DNA of 64,000 nt from assembly GCA_963770895.1 (NCBI GenBank), contig CAVYRF010000002.1:448001-512000 (forward strand), given 5' to 3'. Made by a program: the position numbers and the translations under genes. Within the stretch, counting starts at the first letter, position 1, and the number at the start of each line of letters is the position of its first letter. This DNA comes from an uncultured Acidobacteriota bacterium (GTDB taxonomy: Bacteria > Acidobacteriota > Thermoanaerobaculia > Multivoradales > UBA5704). A model generated the notes under the pieces. It worked only from the letters and a program-made list of their open reading frames with translations. It was not told where the DNA came from and did no database searches. Below are positions 9,162 to 20,799 of the stretch, piece after piece.

Positions 9162-10465
9162 GGCGGAGCGCCTCCCCCTGTCGCAACGGTTCCCGCCCGG
9201 CCACCATCGGCGCGACCAGCACGACCGGCGGGACCGGCGCCATCGACGCGATCGGTGCGATCGGCGCGCCTGCCTCCGACGTCGCCGGCATCGCGTGCTT
9301 TGCCTGCATCGCCTGCGTTGCCGGCGGCGTTGGCGTCGGCGGCGCCGGCCCGCCGGCGCCAGACCAGACGCCCGCCGGCCAGACAGAGGATCGCCACCCC
9401 TTCGAGCACCACCACCACGTCGCGCGAGACGTGGTCGGAGAAGATGCCGACAAAGAGCCCGCCGCGCGTCAGGGCGCCGAACAGCAGCGCCGCCAGCACG
9501 ATGCCGGCCGGATGGTTGCGCCCCAGCAAAGCGACGGCGATGCCGGTGAATCCCAGGCCCGGCGAAAAGCCGTCGTAGTACCGGTGGCGATAGCCCAGCA
9601 CCTCGTTGATCCCCACCATGCCGGCGAGCGCGCCGGACAGCGCCATCGCCGCCACCAGCTGGCGGCCGGTGTCGATGCCGCCATAGGCCGCCGCGGCGCC
9701 GTTGGCGCCGGTCATGCGCAGCTCGTAGCCCCAGCGCGTGCGCCACAGCAGCAGGTAGACCAGCCAGCAGGCGCCCAGGGCGGCGACGAACGCCAGGTTG
9801 AGCGGGATGCGCTCCGGCAGCAGCGGCGATCCCGCCGCTCCGCCCGAGCGGTGCAGCCGCGGCAGCAGGCTGCCCAGCCGCGCCCAGCCGGCGGCAGGAT
9901 CGACCGGCCGCGTCTCCAGGATCGCGTCGCCCTCCGCCTTGAGGTGGTCCGCGACCAGCCACGCGGCCAGGGCGGCGGCGATGAAGTTGAGCATGATGGT
10001 GGTGACCACCTCGTGGGCGCCAAAGCGGGCCTTGAGCCATCCCGCCAGCGCCCCCCAGGCGCCGCCGGCCGCGAGCGCCGCCAGGGCGGCGAGCGGCGCC
10101 AGCAGCCAGGCCGGCAGCCCGGCGCCCGCGATCCCCGCCCACGCGGCGGCAAGGGCGCCGGCAACCAGCTGGCCCTCGGCGCCGATGTTGAACAACCCGG
10201 CGTGAAACGCGACCGCGACGGCCAGCCCGGTGAACATCAGCGGCGTGGCATAAAACAGCGTGTAGCCGATCCCGTCGGGCCACGACAGAGCGCTGCCGAA
10301 CAGCAGCCCGTACACCGCGACCGGATCGTCACCCACCGCCGCGATCACCACCGCGCCCGCCGCCAGCGCCACGCCCAGCGCCCCCAGCGGCGCCAGCCAC
10401 CCCGGCAGCGCCCGCCCCGGCACCGGCCGCCCGGCCACCCGGGGCGGCGACGCACCGCCGCTCAT
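9158..10465 (-). CDS. ABC transporter permease (nucleoside/simple sugar type)
   Basis: GLFNIGAEGQ, HEVVTTIMLN and GFTGIAVALLG. 4-nt overlaps with both neighbours. Confidence 0.9.
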   Translation of the reverse strand: MSGGASPPRVAGRPVPGRALPGWLAPLGALGVALAAGAVVIAAVGDDPVAVYGLLFGSALSWPDGIGYTLFYATPLMFTGLAVAVAFHAGLFNIGAEGQLVAGALAAAWAGIAGAGLPAWLLAPLAALAALAAGGAWGALAGWLKARFGAHEVVTTIMLNFIAAALAAWLVADHLKAEGDAILETRPVDPAAGWARLGSLLPRLHRSGGAAGSPLLPERIPLNLAFVAALGACWLVYLLLWRTRWGYELRMTGANGAAAAYGGIDTGRQLVAAMALSGALAGMVGINEVLGYRHRYYDGFSPGLGFTGIAVALLGRNHPAGIVLAALLFGALTRGGLFVGIFSDHVSRDVVVVLEGVAILCLAGGRLVWRRRAGAADANAAGNAGDAGKARDAGDVGGRRADRTDRVDGAGPAGRAGRADGGRAGTVATGGGAPP

Positions 10466-12174
10466 ACCAGGTCTCCGGCAGGTGCATGCGGCACACCCGC
10501 GGCGGCGGCCGGCGCGCCAGCCGCGCCAACTCCGCCGGTCGTGCAGGCTGAGCTGGCCCAAGCGGCTGAGCTTACAGAGCTGGCGGAGGCGGCGCCGCCG
10601 CCGCTCATCAGCAGGCCCAACTGTTGCTGCGCGGTGGCGCCGGCCGGGTCCACTTCCCCGGCGATCCGGCCGCGATACAGCACCAGCAGGCGATCGGACA
10701 GCGCCAGCAGCTCGTCCAGGTCGGACGACACCAGCAGCACGGCGCAGCCGCCGGCGCGCAGGGCGAGCAGCTCGCGGTGCACCAGGCGGGTGCTCGCGAG
10801 ATCCAGGCCGCGGGTGGGCTGCGCGGCAAGCAGCAGGCGCGGCGGCGGCGTCATCTCCCGGCCCAACACCAGCTTCTGCTGATTGCCTCCCGACAGGGCG
10901 CGCGCCGGCAGGCCGCAATCCGCCGGACGCACCGCGAAGCGCTCCAGCAGGGCGCCGGTGCGCCGCGCGACGGCGGCGCGATCCAGCCACTGACGCCACG
11001 GTCCGACCGCCACCGGCGCGCGGTCGTGGACGCCCAGGATGGCGTTTTCGGCCACGCTCAGGTCGAGCGCCAGACCGCGGCCCTGGCGGTCCTCGGGCAC
11101 GTGCGCGATCCTCAATTGCCGCCGCCGCCGCACGCTGGCGTCCACGATCTCGGCCCCGTCCAGCCGCACGCTGCCGGCGACGGCGCCACGCTCCGCCAGG
11201 CCGGCGACCGCCTCCACCAGCTCACGCTGGCCGTTGCCCTCGACGCCCGCGATCCCCACCACCTCGCCGCCGGCGACCGCAAACGACACACCGTCGAGCC
11301 GCCGCCTGCCGCCCTCGCCGCGCACCGCCAGCTCGCTGACGACCAGCACCGGCGCGGCGCCAGGCGGGACCCGACGACGCTCTGGCCCCGCCGGCCGGGG
11401 GAGCACCAGCGAAGCGTCGTCGGCACCCACGATCAGGCGCGCCAGCTCGCCGGCGGCCAGTTCTCCTGCATCGCCGGCGCCGGCAGTGGCGCGGCTGGCG
11501 ACGACGCGGCCGGCGCGCAGCACCGTCACCGTGTCCGCCAGGTCCAGCACCTCCGTCAGCTTGTGGGTGATCAGCACGACGGCCAGCCCCTGGTCGCGCA
11601 TGCGGCGCAGCACCGCGAACAGCCGCATCACTTCGGCCGGGGCCAAAACCGCGGTGGGCTCGTCCAGGATGAGGACGTCTGCCCGCCGGTGGAGCGCTTT
11701 GAGCAGCTCGACGCGCTGCCGCTCGCCGACCGACAGGTCGCCCACCTGGGCGGCGGGATCGACGTCCAGCCCCATCTGTCCCGCGAGCGCGGCGACGCGC
11801 GCCGCGGCGCCGGCGCGATCGATCCGCCAGCGGCTGCCGGGCTCGGCGCCCAGCACCACGTTTTCGCCGACCGTCATCGCTTCGACCAGCAGGAAGTGCT
11901 GGTGCACCATGGCGATGCCGCAGCGGGTGGCATCCTGCGGGCCGGCAAAGCGGCGCTCCTGCCCGCGCACCACGACCGACCCGCCATCGGGGGCGTAGAA
12001 CCCACTTGCAATGCGCATCGCCGTCGACTTGCCGGCGCCATTTTCCCCCACCAGCGCATGGATGGCGCCGGCGGCGACCGCCATGTCGATCCCGTCGTTG
12101 ACCAGGACCCCGCCAAAGCGCTTGCTGACGCCGCGCAGCTCCAGCGCCGGCACGGGCAGCGGCATCCCGCTCAT
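10462..12174 (-). CDS. ABC transporter ATP-binding protein with two ABC domains
   Basis: GENGAGKS, LSVGERQ, ILDEPT, LSGGNQQK and QPTRGLD. Confidence 0.92.
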   Translation of the reverse strand: MSGMPLPVPALELRGVSKRFGGVLVNDGIDMAVAAGAIHALVGENGAGKSTAMRIASGFYAPDGGSVVVRGQERRFAGPQDATRCGIAMVHQHFLLVEAMTVGENVVLGAEPGSRWRIDRAGAAARVAALAGQMGLDVDPAAQVGDLSVGERQRVELLKALHRRADVLILDEPTAVLAPAEVMRLFAVLRRMRDQGLAVVLITHKLTEVLDLADTVTVLRAGRVVASRATAGAGDAGELAAGELARLIVGADDASLVLPRPAGPERRRVPPGAAPVLVVSELAVRGEGGRRRLDGVSFAVAGGEVVGIAGVEGNGQRELVEAVAGLAERGAVAGSVRLDGAEIVDASVRRRRQLRIAHVPEDRQGRGLALDLSVAENAILGVHDRAPVAVGPWRQWLDRAAVARRTGALLERFAVRPADCGLPARALSGGNQQKLVLGREMTPPPRLLLAAQPTRGLDLASTRLVHRELLALRAGGCAVLLVSSDLDELLALSDRLLVLYRGRIAGEVDPAGATAQQQLGLLMSGGGAASASSVSSAAWASSACTTGGVGAAGAPAAAAGVPHAPAGDLV

Positions 12175-13439
12175 GATCCGGCGCGCCCTCCGCGGCCCGC
12201 CGCTGTCCCGGCGCCCGGGGCGGGAGCGGCGATGGTGACGGGAGCGGCGCCGGGCTTGGCTGCGGCGCCGGAGGGGACTCCGGCTGTGCCAGGGCCGGCG
12301 GCGGCTGCGCCAGGCACGGCGGGGGCGGTCGCGGCGGGCGGGGTGCCAGCGGCCGCAGGGGCCGGAGCGGCTGGAGCCATGGCGTCAGTCACCTGCAGCT
12401 GGCCGCGCACGATGCGGTCGCGGGCGGCATCGACGTCGCGCAGCACGGCCGGCGGGATCAGGCCGCGGTTGTAGCGGTCCAGGGCGTAGCCGATGCCGCC
12501 GTCCGCCAGGCCGTAGGAATGGAGGCCGCCGCGGAAGCGCCCGCTGACCTGCTCGGCGATCAGCTGGTAGACCGCGCGATCGACCCGCTTGACCATGCTG
12601 GTGAGCACGCGGCCGGGTTTGATCCAGTTCTGGTTTGAATCGCAGCCGATGACGTAGACGCCGTACTGCTCGGCGGCGTCGAAGGCGCCCAGCCCCGAGT
12701 TGCCGGCGGCGGCGAACACCACGTCGGCGCCGCGGCTGATCTGCGCCGCGGCCAGCTCCTTGCCGCGCGCCGGGTTGTTCCAGGCCGAATCGGTGACGCC
12801 GACGTAGTTGGGGATCACGCGCACGCCGGCGACCGCCGCCCGCGCCCCCTCTTCGTAGCCGACCTCGAAGCGGTGGATGAGCGGGATGTCCATGCCGCCG
12901 ACGAAGCCGACGACGCCGGTCCTGGACACCCGCGCCGCGATCATGCCCACCAGGTAGGCGCCCTCCTGCTCGCGGAAGACCACCGAGGCGACGTTGGGCG
13001 CCGCCGCCACGCCGTCGATCACCACGAAGCGCAGGCGCGGATAGTCGCGCGCCACCTCCTGGATGATCGGCGCCTGGGCGAAGCCCACGCCGATGACCAG
13101 GCCGTAGCCGCGCTCGGCAAACGCCCGCAGCGCCGGCTCGATCGACGCCGGGTCGCCCGGCTCGGCGCTGCGCAGCACGATCGGCAGCTCGCGCGCCGCC
13201 CGCCGGCAGCCCTCCCAGGCCGCGGCGTTGAACGACCGGTCGTCCTTGCCGGCGGTGTCGAACACCAGCCCGACATGCAGCTTGTGGCGGTCGTCCCCGG
13301 CGGCGCCGCCGGCAAGCCCCCGGCAACCCAGGGCAGCGCCACCCATCCCCGCCAGCGCCAGGACCAGGAGCAGCCGCGCCCACCGCCGCCGGCCGCGCAC
13401 CCTCGGCCGCAAGGTGGCCAGGTGTCCCGTCCAGTTCAT
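12171..13439 (-). CDS. BMP family ABC substrate-binding lipoprotein
   Basis: Lipobox ALGC, GKDDRSFN, FREQEGAYLVG, LTSMVKRVD, and an Ala/Pro-rich tail. Start uncertain (13439 or 13478). Confidence 0.88.
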   Translation of the reverse strand: MNWTGHLATLRPRVRGRRRWARLLLVLALAGMGGAALGCRGLAGGAAGDDRHKLHVGLVFDTAGKDDRSFNAAAWEGCRRAARELPIVLRSAEPGDPASIEPALRAFAERGYGLVIGVGFAQAPIIQEVARDYPRLRFVVIDGVAAAPNVASVVFREQEGAYLVGMIAARVSRTGVVGFVGGMDIPLIHRFEVGYEEGARAAVAGVRVIPNYVGVTDSAWNNPARGKELAAAQISRGADVVFAAAGNSGLGAFDAAEQYGVYVIGCDSNQNWIKPGRVLTSMVKRVDRAVYQLIAEQVSGRFRGGLHSYGLADGGIGYALDRYNRGLIPPAVLRDVDAARDRIVRGQLQVTDAMAPAAPAPAAAGTPPAATAPAVPGAAAAGPGTAGVPSGAAAKPGAAPVTIAAPAPGAGTAAGRGGRAGS

Positions 13440-13715
13440 TCGCTTGCCATTCGCGTGCTCTCCGGACGGGCGGAGCACCAGCCGCCCGAGGAAGGAGCCT
13501 CCGAGTCGTCGCCTCCGACTTTCCGATCGCGCTCGAAGCCTACAGTACGTGCAGGCGCGAAAAGCGCTCCGCCTCCGGCCGCGCCGCGCGGATGCACGAA
13601 AGGGCAGCCTTTCCCCGTCTGGTTGAGATGAGGGTGCGGCGCGCGCGGCCCGGCCTGTCCCGGCTCACCCCCGGCCGGCCTGGCAGCGGTTTGGACGCCG
13701 CGCGCAACTCTCGTC

Positions 13716-16292
13716 ATGTCTTATACTTCGACGGTCATGGCGGCGCGCTTCGACGGTGAGGCCCTGACCCTGGATCTCGGGGTCGCGGACCTGCTGGACA
13801 CTTCGCTCTTGCGCAGCATCGGTTTCGCCAATCGCGGCGGCTACGAGCGGCTGTGGCTGGGCCAGGCGATCCACAGCCGATACCAGGAGAGCAAGCTGGC
13901 CCAGGACGGCACCTACCGGCGGGAAGTCGTCATCAGCAAGCGGTTCCAGCACCGGGGCTGGCAGGTCACCGTGGCGGGGCGCATGGACGGGGTGCGCAAG
14001 GACCCTGACGGCTCGCTGGTCGTCGAAGAGATCAAGTCGGTGCGGCGCGGCGGCGCGCTGCCGCCGGCGGTGCGCGAGATCTACCAGCGCCAGGCGCTGC
14101 TCTACGCCTGGATGCTGGCCGGCGCCGGCGCCGCCGCCGACCCCAGCCCCGACCCCGACCCCGACACCGCCGGCCCCGGCGCCACCGCGGATGAAGCCGG
14201 CGCCCAGATCCCGCGCGGCGCACCGCCGCCGCGGCCGGAAGCGCCCCAGGTGCGGGCGGAGCTGGTGCTGATCGCGATCGGCAGCGGCGAAGTGGAACGC
14301 GAACAGCTCCCCGTGCACCTGGACGCCATCGAAGCGTCGGTGCGGCGGCGGGTCAACGGCCTGCTGCGCCTGTTCGAAGCCGAGCGCGAGCACCGGGCGG
14401 CGCTGCGCCGCGCGGCGGAACGCCTGGAGTTCCCGTTCGGCTCGCTCCGCCCAGGCCAGGAGCTGATCCTGGCGGCGGTCGAAACCGCGGTCGCCAACCG
14501 CGAGCACCTGCTGCTGCAGGCGCCGACCGGCATCGGCAAGACCGTGGCGGCGCTGCTGCCGGCGCTGCGCTACTGCCTGGCGCACGGCAAGCGGCTGTTC
14601 GTGCTCACCGCCAAGACGCTGCAGCAGGACATGGCGACGGCGGTGCTGCAGCGCCTCAACAAGGACGCCGCCTTCCGCTCGCTGCGGCTGCGCGCCAAGG
14701 CCAAGATGTGCGCCAACGACCAGGTGGTGTGCCACGAAGAGTACTGCCGCTTCGCCAAGGACTACGCGCTCAAGCTGCAGACCTCGGGGGTCCTGTCGGA
14801 GATCTGGGAGCGCTTTCCCGCCATCGAGCCGGACGACGTGTTCCGCGCCGCGCGCGCCGCCGAAGTCTGCCCCTTCGAAGTCAGCCTGGAGCTGGCGCAC
14901 CGCGCGGAGGTCACCATCTGCGACTACAACTACGCCTTCGACCCCTACGTGTCGCTGCCCGACTTCTCCGCCGACCAGGACCTGTCCGACGCCGTGCTGG
15001 TCATCGACGAAGTGCACAACCTGGTCGAGCGCGGGCGCGGCTACTACAGCCCTGAGCTGTCCGCCGGCGCCGCGCGCCAGGCGGCGGCCGCCATCGGCCA
15101 GCTGGGCGAACCCATCCACGGCCGCATCGCCGGCCTCTGCATGCGGCTCGCCGCCATCATCGAAGAGGCGGTGCTCGACTGCCTCTTCGACCAGGGCGGC
15201 GACCTCGAGGCGGCCGAAGTGGGGCGCGCCGACCGCGCCGTCGAAGCGCCGCTGCCCGAAGACCGCTTCTGGCGGCTGCGTCCCGAGCTGGACGCCGCCT
15301 TCGTGGACTACCTGGAGCACCAGCGCACCAGCCGCACCGTGCGCGCCGACGATCCGTTCATCAAGCTGTACTTCGACGTCCTGCGCTTCCTCAACGGCCT
15401 GGCGGTGGCCGACGACGCCTTCAGCCAGCTGGTCGAGATCTGCCGCGGCGACTTCCGGGTCAAGGTGCTGTGCAAGGATCCCAGCCGCTTCCTGGGCGCC
15501 GTGGTCAACCGCGCCCACTCGACGATCGGGCTGTCCGCCACCCTCTCGCCGCCGGACTTCTACACCGGCCTGCTGGGCTTCGCCGCCGGGCGCACGGCGT
15601 TCGTCGAGATCCCCAACCCCTTCCCCGCCGCCAACCGCCGGGTGGTCATCGACGACTCGGTCGCCACCACCTTCAAACGGCGCCCCAACAACTACGATCG
15701 CATCGCCCAGCGCCTGGCCGACTTCGCCCAGGCGGTGCCGGGCAACTGCCTGGCGCTGTTCCCCAGCTACGCCTTCCTGGCCGAAGTGACCGGCCGCATG
15801 CGCCTGCAAACCAAGCGGATCTTCGTCCAGCGCCAGACCGACAACGACCGCGAGCGCGACATGCTGCTGCAAACGCTGCGGGCGGCGGTCTTGGGCGACG
15901 TGCTGCTGGCCGCGGTGGCCGGCGGCGCCTTCGCCGAGGGCGTCGACTACCCCGGCGACATGCTGCGCGCGGTGGCGGTGGTGGGCCCCTGCCTGCCCGC
16001 GCTCACGCTGGAACGCGAGCTGCTCAAGGCCTACTACCAGGAGCGCTTCGAGCGCGGCTTCGAATACGCCTTCGTGGTGCCCGGCATGACCCGCGTGGTG
16101 CAGGCCGCCGGCCGCCTCATCCGCTCGCCGCACGACACCGGCGTCATCGCTCTGTTCGACGAACGCTTCCTGGACAACCCCTACCGGCGCCACCTGCCCG
16201 CCGACTGGCTGCCCGACGAAGGGGCCGGCGCCCTGGTCGGCGATCCGGCGGCCGTGGCCGGCCAATTCTTTGCCGTCGCCAAACCCCGCTGA
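13716..16292 (+). CDS. DinG/Rad3/XPD-family Fe-S helicase with N-terminal PD-(D/E)XK (RecB/Cas4-like) nuclease domain
   Basis: Nuclease motifs GQAIH, GRMDG, EEIKS and QALLY. Walker A QAPTGIGKT, four Cys (KMC, VVC, YC, VCP), DEVH, SATL and QAAGRLIR. Start may be 13737. Confidence 0.85.
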   Translation: MSYTSTVMAARFDGEALTLDLGVADLLDTSLLRSIGFANRGGYERLWLGQAIHSRYQESKLAQDGTYRREVVISKRFQHRGWQVTVAGRMDGVRKDPDGSLVVEEIKSVRRGGALPPAVREIYQRQALLYAWMLAGAGAAADPSPDPDPDTAGPGATADEAGAQIPRGAPPPRPEAPQVRAELVLIAIGSGEVEREQLPVHLDAIEASVRRRVNGLLRLFEAEREHRAALRRAAERLEFPFGSLRPGQELILAAVETAVANREHLLLQAPTGIGKTVAALLPALRYCLAHGKRLFVLTAKTLQQDMATAVLQRLNKDAAFRSLRLRAKAKMCANDQVVCHEEYCRFAKDYALKLQTSGVLSEIWERFPAIEPDDVFRAARAAEVCPFEVSLELAHRAEVTICDYNYAFDPYVSLPDFSADQDLSDAVLVIDEVHNLVERGRGYYSPELSAGAARQAAAAIGQLGEPIHGRIAGLCMRLAAIIEEAVLDCLFDQGGDLEAAEVGRADRAVEAPLPEDRFWRLRPELDAAFVDYLEHQRTSRTVRADDPFIKLYFDVLRFLNGLAVADDAFSQLVEICRGDFRVKVLCKDPSRFLGAVVNRAHSTIGLSATLSPPDFYTGLLGFAAGRTAFVEIPNPFPAANRRVVIDDSVATTFKRRPNNYDRIAQRLADFAQAVPGNCLALFPSYAFLAEVTGRMRLQTKRIFVQRQTDNDRERDMLLQTLRAAVLGDVLLAAVAGGAFAEGVDYPGDMLRAVAVVGPCLPALTLERELLKAYYQERFERGFEYAFVVPGMTRVVQAAGRLIRSPHDTGVIALFDERFLDNPYRRHLPADWLPDEGAGALVGDPAAVAGQFFAVAKPR

Positions 16293-16455
16293 CCCCACCG
16301 ACCCTGCCGACCCCTAGCCGGCCCCCCCGGCGAACCCGCGCGGGAATCTGCTAGTGTCCCGCCCGGTTACCTGCCGTGGCGGCCGCGCTCAACGCGCCAG
16401 GCCGCCCCGCCGTCCCTGAACCGACCGACCGAGCAAGCGCAGCCCGAACCGACCG

Positions 16456-18057
<1,602 letters not shown>

Positions 18058-18494
18058 GCGGCGGCCGACACCTCCGCCGGGCAGCGCCGCCCCGGCGCGC
18101 CGCGAGCGCGGGAGCCGGCGTCGCCGCGCGGGGTCGTGGGAACAAATTCCGCTGCTCTCGCACGTATCTATGCAGGGTGATTCGCACGGACCAGATGAGG
18201 CAGAATCGGCGACAGAGTGGATACGAAAATGCCCCGCGTTGGTATCTTTACAGCATGAATGGGCTGTCTAAATTGACACAAAATGGACATTTATCGACCA
18301 AGGCTCTGACCATTTTTGGCGCCGAACAGTGTCAGTCCGCTGACACAGTTCGCCAGGCGGTTGCGGGCCGACCCCGTTAAGTCATTCTGCTTGTTCGTTT
18401 TAACGCCGGCGCTCGGCATCCGCCGGTACCCCCGCGGGGGACCACGGAAGCTGGCGCGCACCATGCAGTAGTCGCCGCCGGGCTGCACATTGGT

Positions 18495-18574
18495 CAGTCA
18501 CCCCGGCAAGGGATCGGCGGCGCTGTCGCGCGAAGCAACGACGCGACAGCGCGCTCAGGGGAGCCGGGTGATTG
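18495..18574 (+). promoter_or_regulatory. Candidate structured 5' leader (nested stems)
   Basis: CAGTCACCCCGGC (18495-18507) can pair with GCCGGGTGATTG (18563-18574). It encloses a perfect 11-bp stem, GCGCTGTCGCG/CGCGACAGCGC (18520-18552). Confidence 0.3.
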
Positions 18575-18672
18575 CCTCCCGGCACTTCGCAGGGGCCACG
18601 CATAGATATTGGCGCATAACGCCAAATGTGAACAGAACTATGCTTGGCGCTTTTTCACTTAGGAGCTTTTCG

Positions 18673-20556
18673 ATGCATGAGTCCGCTCACCGACTCGGCG
18701 AGACCGCGGCCCACACCGGGCAGGCGCGCCCCGCTCTCCTCCTCGTCCTCTTCACCATGTTTTACGCCTTCACGCTCGGCGCTGCCGTGCGCCCTGCCCA
18801 GGCCGCCTCGGCCGCGGAAACCGACGCCCAGCCGGCGCTGCCGCTGGCGCAGGCGGCGCCCGCCGGCCAGATGGTCAAGGCGCCTGACATGGTGAGCGAC
18901 GCCGAGGTGCTGCGCTTCACCGACGATCTGGTCCCCACCCTGCTCAAGGTCGCCGCGGGCAAGAAAGTGCGCATCGCCGACTGGCCGGTGGCGCCGGGGG
19001 TCCGCCAGGACGTGCTGATCACCCGCCACCAGATCTACGCTCCCGGCGCCCACATCCTGCTGGTCGACGCCGCCGGCACCCACGAGGTGCCGCGCTCGCG
19101 CCTGGCCTTCTTCTGGGGGGTCGAGGCGGACAACGGCACGGTCGGCCTGTCGGTGGCGGTCGATCCCGCGACCGGCACGATCGAGGGCCTGACGCAGACC
19201 GGCTCCGGCATGTTCCAGCTGCGCCAGGTGGAGGGGCGGCCGGGCACCTACCTGCTGGCCGGCACCGAGGCGACGCGCGTCGGCGCCGGGCTGCCGGCCA
19301 GGCCGGCATGGCACTGCGGCGAAGAAACCCTGGTGCCGCTGCCGCGGCCGCCGGTGACGACCGAGGACCGGGATGCCGCGACGGCCCGCAACGCCCAGGC
19401 GCTGCAGGCCGCGGCAGCCATGCCCGGCGCCACCGTCCAGGGCGGCGCCAGCTACAACATGGCGACCGTCGCCTTCGACACCGACAACGAATTCATGGCC
19501 AAGTTCAGCAACAACACCACGACCACCGCCAACTACATCGCCAGCCTGGTGGCCGCCACCAACGTCATGTACGAGCGCGACCTGGGCGTCGAGCTGCTGG
19601 TCGGCACCACCTACCTGCGCACCACCTCCGACCCCTACTCCGCGGAGCCCGACCCGGACGCCAACGCCGCCCAGCTGAGCGAATTCACCAACTACTGGAG
19701 CAGCAACTACGGCACCGTCGCGCGCACCGTCGCGGCCCTCCTCTCCGGCAAGGAGACCGACGGCGCCCTGTCCGGCATCGCCTGGATCTCGGGGCTGTGC
19801 AGCACCTCCTACGGCTACAGCGTCAACGACCTGATGGGCACCGGCTACATCGATTACGACCAGCTGATCCTGGGCCACGAGCTGGGCCACAACTTCGGCA
19901 CCAATCACACCCACTGCTACAACCCGCCGATCGACACCTGCTACAACCAGCAGAGCGGCTGCTACGACGGAGCCGCCACCAGCTGTCCCGCGGTGACCAC
20001 GCTCAACGGCGTCACCGGCGTCACCGGCACGATGATGAGCTACTGCGACCTGCTGGGCAGCTGCGGCGTATCGATGGTCTTCCATCCGCGCGTGGTGGCG
20101 GTGATCAAGCCCGAGGTCACCTCGGCGCTCGGCGTCTGCATGACCGCCGGCAGCGGCGGCACCACCGGCAGCGGCAGCGGCACCGCTTTCTACACCGCCA
20201 CCCCCTGCCGGATCGTCGATACCCGCACCGCCACCGGACCCGAAGGCGGACCGAACCTGTCCGCCGGCCAGCAGCGGGTGTTCCAGATCACCGGCCAGTG
20301 CGGCATTCCCACCGGCGCGACCGCCGTGTCGGTCAACGCCACGGTGATCGGCGGCACGACCGGCGGTTCGATCAATCTCTTCGCCGGCAACGGCAGCTCG
20401 ACCGGCACCAACACCGTCAGCTTCGGCGCCGGCCAGGTGCGCGCCAACAACGCCGTCGTGCAGCTGGCAAGCGACGGCTCGGGCACCCTGGCGGTGCTCA
20501 ATTCCGCCAGCGCCACGACCCAGTTCGTGCTGGACGTGAACGGCTACTTCAAATAG
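18673..20556 (+). CDS. Secreted M12B/reprolysin-like zinc metallopeptidase with C-terminal beta-rich domain
   Basis: HELGHNFGTNH zinc motif, Met-turn TMMSY, prodomain Cys (WHCG) and a C-terminal TPCRIVDTR...VLDVNGYF domain. AGGAG RBS before the ATG at 18673. Confidence 0.88.
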   Translation: MHESAHRLGETAAHTGQARPALLLVLFTMFYAFTLGAAVRPAQAASAAETDAQPALPLAQAAPAGQMVKAPDMVSDAEVLRFTDDLVPTLLKVAAGKKVRIADWPVAPGVRQDVLITRHQIYAPGAHILLVDAAGTHEVPRSRLAFFWGVEADNGTVGLSVAVDPATGTIEGLTQTGSGMFQLRQVEGRPGTYLLAGTEATRVGAGLPARPAWHCGEETLVPLPRPPVTTEDRDAATARNAQALQAAAAMPGATVQGGASYNMATVAFDTDNEFMAKFSNNTTTTANYIASLVAATNVMYERDLGVELLVGTTYLRTTSDPYSAEPDPDANAAQLSEFTNYWSSNYGTVARTVAALLSGKETDGALSGIAWISGLCSTSYGYSVNDLMGTGYIDYDQLILGHELGHNFGTNHTHCYNPPIDTCYNQQSGCYDGAATSCPAVTTLNGVTGVTGTMMSYCDLLGSCGVSMVFHPRVVAVIKPEVTSALGVCMTAGSGGTTGSGSGTAFYTATPCRIVDTRTATGPEGGPNLSAGQQRVFQITGQCGIPTGATAVSVNATVIGGTTGGSINLFAGNGSSTGTNTVSFGAGQVRANNAVVQLASDGSGTLAVLNSASATTQFVLDVNGYFK

Positions 20557-20561
20557 CCAGC

Positions 20562-20596
20562 CTGCTGCCCGGCTGGCGCCCCCGGCCGGGCAGCAG
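20562..20596 (+). terminator. GC-rich hairpin after the metallopeptidase gene
   Basis: 12-bp stem CTGCTGCCCGGC/GCCGGGCAGCAG 5 nt after the stop. No clear U-tract. Confidence 0.4.
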
Positions 20597-20799
20597 TGTG
20601 TCGCCATTCAGGCACCTGGACGGAGCGGTGGGTTCGCCCTCCTGGAGACTGGCACGCCGGCGCCATGCCGGCCACGGCAAACTGTGTTAATTTTCGGGCC
20701 GTGAGCGCTGGCAGTCGCCGGCGCTCACCCGCACCGCCAAACGATTTCCGGTACTCCGATCCAACGCTCTTCTCCCTACCCCTGCCTGCTTCGATCGCA

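Noticed and set aside
13716-16292. CRISPR-associated Cas4 or type IV CasDinG interpretation
   Set aside because: No repeat-spacer array or other cas/csf genes were seen in the window.
13665-16298. 877-aa antisense ORF, and similar long shadow ORFs (29035-32148, 6050-8212, 20776-23139, 18655-20607)
   Set aside because: They mirror well-supported genes on the other strand and have no motifs. Long stop-free shadow frames are expected at this GC content.
18495-18600. c-di-GMP-I riboswitch
   Set aside because: The GGCAA...GCCGGG ends are superficially similar, but the conserved GAAA tetraloop and GACGCAAAG core are absent.
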